From Rhizaria sp. SCN 62-66 (taxonomy: Eukaryota): a stretch of DNA of 40,885 bases. The position numbers and the translations under genes were made by a program. Of the stretch, positions 40,721 to 40,885 are shown piece by piece. The stretch's first letter is position 1. Every line of letters begins with the position of its first letter. The stretch covers positions 1 to 40,885 of the forward strand of contig MEDY01000294.1 of assembly GCA_001724265.1 (NCBI GenBank). Reading direction: 5' to 3'. The notes beneath the pieces were generated by a model. That model ran no database searches. It was given only the letters and a program-made list of their open reading frames with translations, and had not been told where the DNA came from.

Positions 40721-40885
40721 TAAAGGTGGTGTTTCTGTGTTCAAAAGTGGTGTTTCTTGTGTAAATTATTAGCATTTAAATACATATAATTCGAATTATA
40801 TTCAGATAACAGATACTTTAAACACAGAAAACACACACTTTAAAGACAGAATCCTTCTGTGTGTGTTCACAGAAAACACCACCCT
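40721..40885. mobile_element. MITE-like hairpin element, copy 2 (right end cut by window edge)
   Basis: Starts TAAAGGTGGTGTTTCTGTG and ends CACAGAAAACACCACCCT (inverted). Shares the identical 22-mer ATACATATAATTCGAATTATAT (40780-40801) with copy 1 (683-704). An extra terminal-like motif lies at 40743-40763. Confidence 0.68.

Noticed and set aside
606-40885. Whole window as one giant transposon or virus bounded by the two terminal repeats
   Set aside because: Each repeat is a self-contained hairpin, and the interior holds ordinary host genes with no transposase, integrase, polymerase or capsid ORF.

Overview
Gene-dense, intron-poor window from a unicellular eukaryote: GC-rich, low-complexity-rich coding regions, AT-rich spacers and one clear GT-AG intron. 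Domain calls below come from motif recognition by eye, not database searches. Six protein genes are supportable: (1) a 3964-aa single-exon polycystin-1-like surface protein (signal peptide, ~14-15 Sushi/CCP repeats, REJ-like region, GPS autoproteolysis motif, only 5 TM helices, no PLAT or channel domain); (2) a ~2326-aa DUSP/Tudor-like/UCH ubiquitin-specific protease; (3) a chalcone-isomerase-fold + PH + C-terminal TM protein; (4) a 3121-aa low-complexity protein with repeated ubiquitin-like + CHORD-like Zn-finger modules; (5) a two-exon NUDT15-like Nudix hydrolase; (6) a small secreted or anchored CBM52-like Cys-rich protein. Two related hairpin (MITE-like) elements lie near the two ends of the window. 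The main signal is that the protease gene is one continuous reading frame broken only by four in-frame TAG codons, with no TAA, TGA or frameshift. One TAG falls inside the DUSP domain and one sits in a QAQAQ*QS run just before the catalytic Cys box. All six genes end in TAA or TGA. This points to a variant nuclear genetic code with UAG as a sense codon, most likely Gln, decoupled from UAA.
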